Of a stretch of 64,000 bases of DNA, positions 21,103-32,738 are shown one piece after another. This DNA comes from an uncultured delta proteobacterium (GTDB taxonomy: Bacteria > Myxococcota_A > UBA9160 > UBA4427): assembly GCA_963822965.1 (NCBI GenBank), contig CAWGJT010000014.1, positions 192,001 through 256,000 of the forward strand, read 5' to 3'. Position numbers and translations under genes: made by a program. The notes under the pieces were generated by a model. That model did no database searches. It was given only the letters and a program-made list of their open reading frames with translations, and was not told the origin of the DNA. The first letter of the stretch is position 1. Each line of letters opens with the position of its first letter.

Positions 21103-22250
21103 ATGGTTCCCACCGAACACCCGTGGACTTCCGACGAGACCCTCAGTGAGCACCTGGCGTCGCGGGGCGTGACCCGCCGGGCGTTCCTCGGCTTCTGCGG
21201 CCAGATGGCCGCGATGCTCGGTCTCTCTCCCCTGATGGGATCGCGCGTGGCCGAGGCGCTCGAGGCGTTGCGGCGCCCCACGGTCATCTGGCTCCAGCTG
21301 CAGGAATGCACGGGCTGCGTCGAGAGCGTGCTGCGCAGCGACTCGCCGACCATCGGCGACCTCATACTCGACCTGGTGTCGCTCGACTACCAGCACACGC
21401 TGATGGCGGCGGCCGGCAGCGCGGCGGAGGCGGCGCTGCAGGAGTCGATGAGCGACGAACCACGGCAAGTACGTGCTGCTCGTGACGGGCTCCATTCCGA
21501 CGGCGGACGGCGGCATCTACACCACCATCGGCGGGCGCACGGCGCGAACGATCCTCGAGGAGGCGGCGGAAGGCGCCGCCGCGGTGATCGCCGTCGGCGC
21601 CTGCGCCCACTGGGGCAGCGTGCAGGCCGCGAAGCCGAACCCGACCGGCGCGGTCGGCGTCTCGGAGATCCTGTCGGGCCGCCCGGTGGTGAACATCGCC
21701 GGCTGTCCGCCGATCGCGGACGTGGTCACCGCCACGGTGGTCCACTACCTGACCTTCGGCCGGGTGCCCGACCTGGATCGCGACGGCCGGCCGCTCTTCG
21801 CGTACGGCGCCCGCATCCACGACCAGTGCCCGCGCCGGGCGAACTACGACGCCGGCCAGTTCGTCGAGGTGTTCGACGACGAGGCGGCCCGCCGGGGCTG
21901 GTGCCTCTACAAGGTGGGCTGCAAGGGTCCGGCCACCTTCTCGCCGTGCCCGATCATCCAGTGGAATCGCGGCACGAGCTGGCCGATCGGCGCGGGCCAC
22001 CCGTGCATCGGCTGCACCGAGCGGAACTTCTGGGACACGATGACGCCGTTCTACCGCCAGATGCCCGACCTGCTCGGGCTTCGGCGTCGAGCGCACGGCG
22101 GACACCGTCGGGCTGTCGCTCGCCGTCGGGGCCACGGCGGGCGTCGTCGCCCACGCGATCGGCACGGGGATCCAGCGCACGCGGCAGCGGGCGGCCGACG
22201 GCCGCGAAGCCCTCGTCCGAAGCGGGTCCGAAGCCGGGGAGGGAGCGAGC

Positions 22251-22264
<14 letters not shown>
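21103..22264 (+). CDS. hyaA: [NiFe]-hydrogenase small subunit, group 1 membrane-bound (frameshifts near 21460 and 22075)
   Basis: GGGAGG RBS, Tat motif [54 protein letters not shown]-terminal TM anchor. End is uncertain. Confidence 0.92.
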
Positions 22265-23971
<1,707 letters not shown>

Positions 23972-23975
<4 letters not shown>

Positions 23976-24715
23976 CGCGAGCCACTCACGACCTCGACGA
24001 CGGTGCGAGGCCCCGGGCGAGGACGGTCGACGGCTACCGCTGGGTCTACATCTGGCACTGGCCGATCCGCGCCATGCACTGGGCCGCGGCCGTCGTCGCA
24101 TCGTCGTCCTGATCGCCAGCGGGCTTCTACATCGGACGGCCCTACTTCATGACCAGCGGCGAGGCCGAGCGCTCACTTCCTGATGGGCTGGATGCGCTTC
24201 CTGCACTTCGCCGCGGCGGGCGTCCTGGTGGCGACCGGGATCGTCCGGGTCTACTGGCTCTTCCAGGGCAACCGCTACGAGACGCTGGCGGGCCCTCTTC
24301 CCCGTGCGCCGGACCGACTGGATCAACTTCGGGCGGGTGATCCAGCGCTACCTGCTGGCTGCACCCGAGGCACGATCCCCACTACCTGGGCCACAACCCG
24401 CTGCAGCAGCTCTCCTACACGCTCTCTACGGCGGTCGTGCTGCTGCAGGTGGTGACGGGCTTCGGGCTCTACGGGCTCTCGAACCCCGACGGCTTCTTCT
24501 ACACGCACCTTCGGGTGGTCGTCCGTTCTGCCTGGGCGGCGTGCCCGGTGGTGCGCTTCATCCACCACACGCTCACCTGGTTCTTCCTGATCTACATCCC
24601 GGTGCACGTCTACTTCGCCCTGCGGTCCGACGTGACGGACCGCGAGGGGATCGTGTCGTCGATCTTCAGCGGCGGGCGCTGGGTGCGGGACGACGTCGAG
24701 TACGAGGATGCCTGA
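23972..24715 (+). CDS. hyaC: Ni/Fe-hydrogenase b-type cytochrome subunit (frameshifted)
   Basis: ATGA overlap. VYIWHWPIRAMHW, GLYIGRP, MRFLHF, GHNPLQQ, RFIHH, IPVHVY, SSIFSG. Confidence 0.9.
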
Positions 24716-25217
24716 GCCGCCCCGTCGTCCGGCGGAGGGCTCCCGGACCGTCGTCATCGGCGTGGGCTCGCCGCTGATGGGCGACGACGGCGTGGGCCTC
24801 GCGGCCCTCGAGGCGCTGCGCGAGTCGTGGAGCTTCGATCCGCCCGTGGAGCTCGTCGACGGCGGCACCTGGAGCATGAACGTGCTCCACGAGATCGAGG
24901 ACGCCGATCGGCTGCTGCTGCTCGACGCGATCCGGGCCGGCCGCCCGGCCGGCGAGCTGGTCGTGCTCGAACGCGACGAGCTGCCGCGCTTCTTCTCGAC
25001 GAAGCTCTCGCCCCACCAGATCGACCTCCGCGAAGCGCTCGCCCTGGCGGAGCTGCGCGGCTCGCTGCCGGAGGACGACCGTGGCGATGGGCCTCGAGCC
25101 GGCGCGGGTCGAGCTCCGGGCCGGGCTAGCGAGGAGATCGCGCCGCGTCTCGCCGGCCTGGTCGAGCAGGTGGTGAAGCGGATCGAGTCCTGGGGGCACC
25201 GTGCCCGCCGCCGCTAG
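24708..25217 (+). CDS. hyaD: Hydrogenase maturation protease (HyaD/HybD family)
   Basis: VIGVGSPLMGDDGVG, VDGGT, LLLDAI, SPHQ. Confidence 0.92.
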   Translation: MPEPPRRPAEGSRTVVIGVGSPLMGDDGVGLAALEALRESWSFDPPVELVDGGTWSMNVLHEIEDADRLLLLDAIRAGRPAGELVVLERDELPRFFSTKLSPHQIDLREALALAELRGSLPEDDRGDGPRAGAGRAPGRASEEIAPRLAGLVEQVVKRIESWGHRARRR

Positions 25218-27557
25218 CCCGGCTGCGTCGCCGGTCGGCCGACGCTGGGTCGTCTTCGGCACCACCCAGGGCGTGGGCTTCCGACCGTGGGTGCACGAGG
25301 TGGCGCTGGCCCTCGGGCTCGACGGGCCGCGTCCGCAACGCGGCCCGCGGTGTCGTCGTCGAGGCGTTCGGCGCGCCCGAAGGGCTCGATCGCCTGGGGG
25401 AGCGGCTGTGCGCCCCCGACCTGCCGGCGGCGTCCGTCGAGGGCGTCGAGAGCCGCCCGCTCGAAGGACCAGCGCCCGGCGACTTCCGCATCGAGCAGGG
25501 CCGGGCGCCGGAGACCGCAGGGCGTCCCTGCCTGTCGCCCGACCTGGCGCTGTGCCCGGACTGTCGCAGCGAGATCGCCGATCCCCGCGACCGCCGCTTC
25601 GGCTACGCGTTCACGAGCTGCACCCGTTGCGGTCCGCGCGCGACCATCGTTCGCGCGCTGCCCTACGAGCGCGAGCACACCAGCATGGCTGCTTTCGAGC
25701 TGTGCGCCGCGTGCCGCGGCGAGTACGAGAGCCCCGGCCACCGTCGCTTCCACGCCGAGACCAACGCCTGCCCCGCGTGCGGTCCTCGGCTGTCGCTGCG
25801 CGACCGCGCCGGCGTCGTACTCGTTTCGCCCGCGCAGGCCCTCGCCGAGACGGCGCGTCGGCTGCGCGCCGGCGACATCGTCGCGGTGCAGGGCGTCGGC
25901 GGCTTCCATCTCGCCTGCGACGCCACGCGCGAGGAATCCGTCGCCCGGCTGCGGGCCCGCAAGGGGCGCGATCGCAAGCCCTTCGCGGTGATGGTGAAGG
26001 ACGAGGCGCAGGCGGCCGAGCTCGCCGTCTTCGAGGAGTCGGAGTGGCAGCTCCTGCGGTCCCCTGCGGCGCCCATCGTGCTGGTCCGGCGCCGCCCGGG
26101 AGCCGCAGTGGCGGCGTCCGTCGCGCCCGGCACGCCCCTGCTGGGCCTGCTGCTCGCGTACTCGCCCGCTCCACGCGCTGCTCCTGGAGGCGTCCGGCGT
26201 CCCGCTCGTGATGACGTCGGGCAACCGCTCGGGAGAGCCCATCGCCTATCGCGTGTCCGAAGCGGAGACGCGCCTCGCCCCCGTGGCAGACGCCTTCCTG
26301 GTGCACGACCGCGAGATCGAGGCGCCCTGCGACGACTCGCTGGCCGCGGTGATCGCCGGGACGCCCGTCGTCCTGCGCCGATCCCGGGGCTACGTGCCGC
26401 GGCCCCTGTCCGTCGCGCGACCGCTCTCGCAGGCGGTGCTGGGCTGCGGCGGCCAGTGGAGCAACACCGTCTGCCTGGGCGTCGGCTCCTGGCTTCACAC
26501 GAGCGCGCACAACGGCGATCTCGACGCACCGGAGTCGCTGGATCGCTTCGCGGAATCGATCGAGCGTCTGCAGCGTCTGGTGGGGCGCGGGCCCGAGGTC
26601 GTGGCCCACGACCTGCATCCCCACTACGCGGCGAGTCGCTGGGCGAAGGACCAGCGCGACGCGCCCACCGTCGCCGTGCAGCACCACCACGCACACGTGG
26701 CTGCCGTGCTCGCCGAGCACGGCCACGAGGGGCCCGTCCTCGGCGTGGCCTACGACGGGACGGGCCTGGGCAGCGACGGGGCGTCCTGGGGAGGCGAGCT
26801 GCTGCGCGCGGATCGCGCGGGCTTCGAGCGGCTGGCCACCCTGCGCCCGCTCCGCCTGGCCGGAGGCGACACCGCGATCCGCCAGGTGTGGCGGATCGCG
26901 CTGGCGCTCCTCGACGACGCCTTCGACGGTGCGCCCCCGCTGGACGCCTTCCCGCTCTTCGCGGGGGTTCCCGAGGCGCACCGGAATGCGGTGCTCGACC
27001 TGTTGCGCCGCGACGTCCGCTGCGCGCCCGCCCATGGGCTCGGGCGTCTCTTCGACGCCTTCGGTGCGCTCTGGCTCGGGCACCCCGAAGCCCGCTTCAA
27101 CGGCGAGGTCGCGATGGCCTGGAACTTCGCCGCCGCGCCCGGGGAGCACGCTGGCTATCCCTTCGACGTCGATTCGTCGGGCAAGCCGGCCGTGCTCGAC
27201 TGGCGTCCGATGGTGCGCGCCGCCGTGGCGGACCACCTGCGCGGGCGGCCTGCGTCCGAGATTGCGGGCCGCTTCCACGCGACGATCGCCCGCGCGACGG
27301 CGGCGCTCGTCGCCCGCTTCCAGAGCGCCTCGGACGTGCTTCCCGTGGTGCTCGCCGGGGGCTGCTTCCAGAACGCGCTGCTCACGCGCCTGCTGATCGA
27401 GGGCCTGCCCGCCCGCTACCGTGTGCTGCGAGCCGAGCGACTTCCCCCCGGCGACGGCGGGCTGTGCGTCGGGCAGGTGGTGGTCGCCGAGGCGAGTCTG
27501 CGCGGGATCCACTCGAGGAGACGAGACGAATGTGCCTGGGCGTTCCCGGACGCGTGA
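25201..27557 (+). CDS. hypF: Carbamoyltransferase HypF (frameshifts near 25325 and 26165)
   Basis: Acylphosphatase QGVGFRP, Zn fingers CPDC/CTRCGPR/CAAC/CPACGP, GVGGFHLACDA, MTSGN, HDLHP, QHHHAH, DGTG, GGCFQN, PGDGG. Confidence 0.93.
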
Positions 27558-27832
27558 TATCGGTCGACGGCTGGGTGGCCGTCGTGGACTTCTGGGGTGT
27601 TCGCCGCACCGTCGGGCTTCAGATCGTCGACGAGCCGGTGGCCCCGGGCGACTACGTGCTCAACCACGTGGGCTTCGCGATCCGGCGCATCCCCGAGGAG
27701 GAGATCGCGGAGACCCTCGCGCTCTACGAGACCCTGCTCGAGGCGGCAGCGGACGACGACCTCATGGCGGCGGACGTCCGCGACGAGGTGGGGGCGGCCT
27801 CCCGCGCGCAGGAGGATCCCGATGCCGGCTGA
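27530..27832 (+). CDS. hypC: Hydrogenase assembly chaperone HypC
   Basis: MCLGVPG...GDYVLNHVGFAI. Confidence 0.95.
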   Translation: MCLGVPGRVISVDGWVAVVDFWGVRRTVGLQIVDEPVAPGDYVLNHVGFAIRRIPEEEIAETLALYETLLEAAADDDLMAADVRDEVGAASRAQEDPDAG

Positions 27833-28964
27833 CGCGACGCCTCCCGAGTCGAGGCTGCACTTTCGCGATCCCGCGCAGGGCCGCGAGCTCGCCCTCGCGC
27901 TCGAGGCCCTCACCCGCGGTCGCGAGGCCGACCCCATCGCCGTGATGCACGTGTGCGGCAGCCACGAGCAGGCGATCGCCCGATTCGGACTGCGCCACAC
28001 GCTGCCGAAGGGGCTCGAGGTGATCATGGGGCCGGGCTGTCCGGTCTGCGTCACCGACTGTCCGGAGGTGGACGAAGCCGTCGCGCTCGCCCGGCAGGGC
28101 ATCCGCGTCGTCACCTACGGCGACATGCTGCGGGTGCGCGGCAGCAGCGATTCCCTCGCCGACGTGCGCGCGGAGGGCGCACCCGTCGACGTCATCTACG
28201 GCGCCGCCGAGGCGGTCGCCCTGGCTCGCGCCTCGGAAGAGGACGTGGTCTTCTTCGCGACGGGCTTCGAGACGACGGCGGTGGCGACCGCGGCCATCCT
28301 GCTGCACGAGCCGCCGGCGAATCTCTTCGTGCTGTCGGCGCACAAGTACATCCCGCCGGTGATGGAGATCGTGGCCGAGATGCCGGGGAACCGGGTCGCA
28401 GGCTTCCTCGCGGCGGGCCACGCCGCCACCATCACGGGCTACGGGGTCTTCGAGGCCTTTGCGGCGCGTCACGGCCTGCCGGTGGTGGTCGCGGGCTTCG
28501 AGCCTCTCGACATCCTGGCCGGCCTCGTGCAGCTGCTCTCCCTCGTGCGTCGCGGCGAGCCCCGGGTGGCGAACGCGTTCCCGCGCTGCGTCACGCGCGA
28601 GGGGAACAAGCGGGCCCAGGAGCAGCTGTGGCGGGCGTTCGAGGCGGTGGGCGGACGCTGGCGCGGGATCGCCCAGGTGCCGAACGGCAATCTGCGCCTG
28701 CGTCCGGAGCTGGCCCGCCACGACGCCCGTCGCCGATTCGCCCGCGAGCTCCAGGCCGCCCGCCGGCCGGCCGCGAGTCGCTCGCTCCACGCCTGCCTGT
28801 GCGGTCAGATCATGTCCGGGCGGGCGTCGCCCAGCGACTGTCCGCTGTTCGGAAACGCCTGTACGCCCGAGGATCCCGTGGGTGCGTGCATGGTCAGCTC
28901 CGAGGGCACCTGTCGCATCTGGCACCAGTACGGCGGCCATCCGCGTCTCGGGGAGGCTTCGTGA
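27822..28964 (+). CDS. hypD: Hydrogenase formation protein HypD
   Basis: MHVCGSH, GPGCPVC, GFETT, AGFEP, CPLFG...CMVSSEGTC. Confidence 0.96.
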   Translation: MPADATPPESRLHFRDPAQGRELALALEALTRGREADPIAVMHVCGSHEQAIARFGLRHTLPKGLEVIMGPGCPVCVTDCPEVDEAVALARQGIRVVTYGDMLRVRGSSDSLADVRAEGAPVDVIYGAAEAVALARASEEDVVFFATGFETTAVATAAILLHEPPANLFVLSAHKYIPPVMEIVAEMPGNRVAGFLAAGHAATITGYGVFEAFAARHGLPVVVAGFEPLDILAGLVQLLSLVRRGEPRVANAFPRCVTREGNKRAQEQLWRAFEAVGGRWRGIAQVPNGNLRLRPELARHDARRRFARELQAARRPAASRSLHACLCGQIMSGRASPSDCPLFGNACTPEDPVGACMVSSEGTCRIWHQYGGHPRLGEAS

Positions 28965-29999
28965 GCGGATCCGGCGCGCCTCGCGGCAAGGTGCTGATGC
29001 GCCACGGCGCCGGCGGCCCCGCCATGCGCGGCCTCGTCGAGTCGCTCTTCGCGCGCGGCGCCTCGGACGACGACCCGGATCGCATCGGGCTCGGCGCCTT
29101 CGACGACGGTGCCGCCCTGCGGATCGGCGACCGCTGGCTGGTCTTCACGACGGATTCGCACGTGGTCACACCCATCTTCTTTCCGGGCGGCGATCTCGGG
29201 CGCCTGGCGGTGTGCGGCACGGTGAACGATCTGGCGATGATGGGCGCCACCCAGGTGCTGGGGCTGAGCCTCTCGGTGCTGGTCGAGGAGGGCACCGACC
29301 AGGAGGTGCTGGTGCGGCTCCAGGACTCGATCGCCGCGGCCTGTGGTGAGGCCGGCACGGTCATCCTGACGGGCGATACGAAGGTGATGGGACGGGGCGA
29401 GCTCGACGGCGTCGTCCTCAATACGGCGGGCATCGGCTGGGCCGACGAGCCCGTACGCGACCGCAATCTCCGGCCCGGTGACCCCATCGTCGTGACGGGC
29501 ACCATCGGCGACCACGGCATGGCGGTGATGGCGTTGCGCCACCAGCTGGAGCTCTCCGCCCGGCTGGCGTCGGACGTGGCGCCCCTGGGCGACCTGGTCG
29601 CACGGGTGCTGGAGGTCGCGGGCGGCGCCATCGGCGGCATGAAGGATCCCGACCCGGGGCGGCGTCGCGAGCGCCCTCCACGAGATGGCTGCGAAGAGCG
29701 GTGTCGGCATCGTGCTGCGCGAATCCGAGCTGCCGATCCGCCCCGAGGTGGCCTCGGCCGCCGAGCTGCTGGGAGTCGACCCGCTGCAGGTGGCCAACGA
29801 GGGGAAGGCGTTGATCGCGGTGCGGCCGGAGCGAAGCGAGGCGCTGCTCGAGGTGCTGTGCGCCCATCCGCTGGGCAAGGACGCCCGCGTGATCGGCGAG
29901 TGCGTCGCCGAGCGCCCGGGCTCGGTCGTTCTCGATACGGGCTTCGGGCGCCGGATCGTCGGAGAGGTCGAGGGAGAGCTCCTCCCTCGCATCTGCTGA
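28961..29999 (+). CDS. hypE: Hydrogenase expression/formation protein HypE (frameshift near 29650)
   Basis: HGAGG, TTDSHVV, GTVNDLAM, TGDTKV, ANEG, C-terminal LPRIC. Confidence 0.95.
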
Positions 30000-30856
30000 T
30001 GGGCTCGTCTCCCTCCATCCGGCTCGAACGGCAGGGGCGCGTGGGGATCGTCACGATCCACCGGCCCGAGCGACACAACTCGCTCGACGTGCGCACCGCC
30101 CAGGACCTGCGTCGGGCGGCGCTCGAGCTGAGCCGCGACGAGGACGTCGGGGTCATGGTGTTGCGGGGGCAGCCCGGCGTCTTCTGCAGCGGCGTGGACC
30201 TGGAGTACGTGCGCGGCGGCGGGGAGGACGACGACCTCCGCTACCTGGTGGCCGGCTCCCTGCCCGAGCCCGGGAGCGGCGAAGGGGATCGTCGCTTCGG
30301 CGCCGTCTTCAAGCAGGTGCTCGAGTACATCGGCAGCACGATCTCCGAGATCCGGCGCGCGCCGAAGCCCGTGCTGGCGGCCGTGGACGGCGTGGCGGCG
30401 GCGGGCGGGCTCGGCCTGGCCCTGTGCTGCGATCTCGTGTTCGCCTCCCAGCGCAGCCGCTTCGAGTGGGCGTACGGCAAGACGGGGCTCTCCGGGGCGG
30501 AGAGCGCCACCTTCTTCCTGCCGCGCCTCGTGGGCCTGCGCCGGGCTCTCGACATCGCGCTCCTCGGCCCCCGGATCGACGCCGCGCAGGCCCTGCGTCT
30601 GGGCCTGGTGAGCGAGGTATGGCCCGACGAGGACTTCGAGCGCAACCTGCTCGAGCAGGCGCGGCGTCTCGCCGAGGGCCCGACGGCCGCCTACGCGCGC
30701 ATGAAGGATCTGCTCAACGCGGCCACGGGGGGCGAGTGGCTCGAGGATCATCTCGGGCGCGAGGTCGAGAGCCTGGTGGCGAGCGCGGACGGCGACGAGT
30801 TCGCCCGCGGCATCGAGCGCTTCTTCGCCCGGCGCGACGGCCGGCGCGGCGAGTAG
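29999..30856 (+). CDS. Crotonase (enoyl-CoA hydratase/isomerase) fold protein inside the hyp operon; HypX C-terminal-domain-like
   Basis: TGATG overlap with hypE, 4 bp before hypA. RPERHNSL, FCSGVDL, KPVLAAVDGVAAAGGLGLALCCD, AYGKTGLSGAESATFFLPRLVG. The fold call is secure; the HypX-like function is inference. Confidence 0.9.
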   Translation: MGSSPSIRLERQGRVGIVTIHRPERHNSLDVRTAQDLRRAALELSRDEDVGVMVLRGQPGVFCSGVDLEYVRGGGEDDDLRYLVAGSLPEPGSGEGDRRFGAVFKQVLEYIGSTISEIRRAPKPVLAAVDGVAAAGGLGLALCCDLVFASQRSRFEWAYGKTGLSGAESATFFLPRLVGLRRALDIALLGPRIDAAQALRLGLVSEVWPDEDFERNLLEQARRLAEGPTAAYARMKDLLNAATGGEWLEDHLGREVESLVASADGDEFARGIERFFARRDGRRGE

Positions 30857-30860
30857 CGCC

Positions 30861-31232
30861 ATGCACGAGTACTCGATCGTCGGCTCGCTGCTCGCCCAGG
30901 TGGAGGACGTGGCCCGCAAGCACGAGGCCGCCCGGGTGGTGGCGGTCCGGCTGCGCATCGGAGAGCTCGCCGGGGTGGAGACGGACCTGCTGCACACCGC
31001 CTGGGACTTCCTCAAGCAGCGGAGCTGCTGCGACGGCGCCCGTCTCGAGGTGGAGAGCGCGCCGGCGCGCTGGTCCTGCCGAGGCTGCCAGGCCGAGATC
31101 GCCCGGGGCGGCGCGCTCGTGTGCGAGCGGTGCGGCGCGCCGGCGCGGCTCGCGAGCGGGGACGAGCTGCTGCTGGAGCGGGTCGAGATGGAAGTGGAGA
31201 CGATGGAAGAGGGCGAAAGGGAGGAAGGGTGA
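30861..31232 (+). CDS. hypA: Hydrogenase nickel metallochaperone HypA
   Basis: MHEYS N-terminus, GELAGV, CRGC...CERC, GDEL. Confidence 0.95.
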   Translation: MHEYSIVGSLLAQVEDVARKHEAARVVAVRLRIGELAGVETDLLHTAWDFLKQRSCCDGARLEVESAPARWSCRGCQAEIARGGALVCERCGAPARLASGDELLLERVEMEVETMEEGEREEG

Positions 31233-31951
31233 TGTGTGACGTCTGTGGCTGTGGCGACCCCGAGAAGGTCTCCGTCGAGGTACACGAGGGCATCCTGTCC
31301 CAGAACGATCGGGTGGCTGCGCACAATCGCGACCACTTCCGGGAGCAGGGCGTCTTCGCGGTGAACCTGATGGGCTCCCCCGGCGCGGGCAAGACGGCGC
31401 TGCTCGAGGCCACGAGCCGGCGTGCGCGGGGGCTCTCGCTCGCGGCGCTCAGCGGGGACCTCGCCACCGACAACGACGCCACCCGCCTGGCGCGGGCGGG
31501 GATCCGATCGCGCAGCATCACCACCGGTTCGGCGTGCCATCTCGACGCGTCGATGGTCCACCACGGGCTTCACCATCTCGATTGGCGGGACGCGGACTGC
31601 GTGTTCGTCGAGAACGTGGGCAACCTGGTGTGCCCCGCCGTCTACGACCTCGGGCAGCACGCGAACGTCGTGGCCCTCTCCGTCACCGAGGGGGAGGACA
31701 AGCCGCTCAAGTATCCGGTGATGTTCCGCGTGGCCGACCTGGTGGTGCTCACGAAGGCCGACCTGCTGCCCCACCTGCCCGATGTGGACGAGATGCGCAT
31801 CCGGGAGGCGTTGGCTCGCGTGATGCCCGAGCCGAGGATGATCCGGGTCTCGGCGACGACCGGGGAGGGGATCGACGAGTGGCTGTCGTGGCTGCACGCC
31901 CGACTGCCGGCCGCGGAGGCGCTTCCACGGGTGGCGGCGCCCGTCGCCTGA
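31232..31951 (+). CDS. hypB: Hydrogenase nickel incorporation GTPase HypB
   Basis: MCDVCGC, GSPGAGKT, CHLDA, ENVGNLVCP, EGEDKPLKYP. Confidence 0.96.
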   Translation: MCDVCGCGDPEKVSVEVHEGILSQNDRVAAHNRDHFREQGVFAVNLMGSPGAGKTALLEATSRRARGLSLAALSGDLATDNDATRLARAGIRSRSITTGSACHLDASMVHHGLHHLDWRDADCVFVENVGNLVCPAVYDLGQHANVVALSVTEGEDKPLKYPVMFRVADLVVLTKADLLPHLPDVDEMRIREALARVMPEPRMIRVSATTGEGIDEWLSWLHARLPAAEALPRVAAPVA

Positions 31952-32042
31952 GGGCGGTCCCCGGGGCAGTGAGGAGCGATCCGCGGGCCGGGATGGTGGC
32001 GGCCGTATTGCAATAATACCATCTGATATCAAATAGTTAGCT

Positions 32043-32066
32043 AGATTAGTAAGTATTCACTAATCT
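32043..32066. promoter_or_regulatory. Putative TetR operator/promoter of the tetR-emrAB operon
   Basis: AGATTAGT-N8-ACTAATCT perfect inverted repeat within an AT-rich patch (32005-32066), 9 bp before the TetR ATG. Confidence 0.7.
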
Positions 32067-32075
32067 CGGCCGCCC

Positions 32076-32738
32076 ATGGATTCGACACCCCCCACCGCGG
32101 GTCGCCGCGTCCGCCGGCGGAGCGCCGCCGACCGCCGCCAGCAGATCCTGCGCGAGGCCATGCGCTGCTTCGCCTCCAACGGCTTCCGCGGCACCACCAC
32201 CCGCGAGATCGCCGCGGCCGTCGGCATCACCGAGGCGGCGCTCTATCGCTACTTCCCGAGCAAGCAGTCGCTCTACGACGCGATCATCGACGCGAAGATC
32301 GCCGCGCCGCCGCCCCAGGACCTCGTGCAGGAAGCCGCGTCGCGACGGGACGACGAGCAGGTGTTCACCGTCCTGGCCCGCGTGCTCCTCGACCGCTGCC
32401 TCGCCGATCCCGACTTCGTGCGGCTCTTCTTCTTCACCGCCCTCGAGGGCCACGAGCTCTCGAATCCGTTCTTCGTGTCGCGGATCGGCAGCCTGCGGAG
32501 CTTCCTCGCGGAGTACATCCGGACCCGGATCCAGGAGGGCGCCTTTCGCGATCGCGACCCCGCGCTGTGCGCGCGGGCCTTCCTCGGGATGGTCTCCGAC
32601 TACATGAACGTGCGCGTCATCCTCGCGCAGGACGACGCCTATCCCCAGCCGATCGACGAGGTCGTGGCGACCTACGTCGACCTCTTCCTCGCCGGCATGC
32701 GCGCGGGGACGGCCGACGAAGGGGGGCGCTCCGCATGA
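32076..32738 (+). CDS. TetR/AcrR family transcriptional regulator
   Basis: GFRGTTTREIAAAVGITEAALYRYFPSKQSL helix-turn-helix. Confidence 0.95.
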   Translation: MDSTPPTAGRRVRRRSAADRRQQILREAMRCFASNGFRGTTTREIAAAVGITEAALYRYFPSKQSLYDAIIDAKIAAPPPQDLVQEAASRRDDEQVFTVLARVLLDRCLADPDFVRLFFFTALEGHELSNPFFVSRIGSLRSFLAEYIRTRIQEGAFRDRDPALCARAFLGMVSDYMNVRVILAQDDAYPQPIDEVVATYVDLFLAGMRAGTADEGGRSA

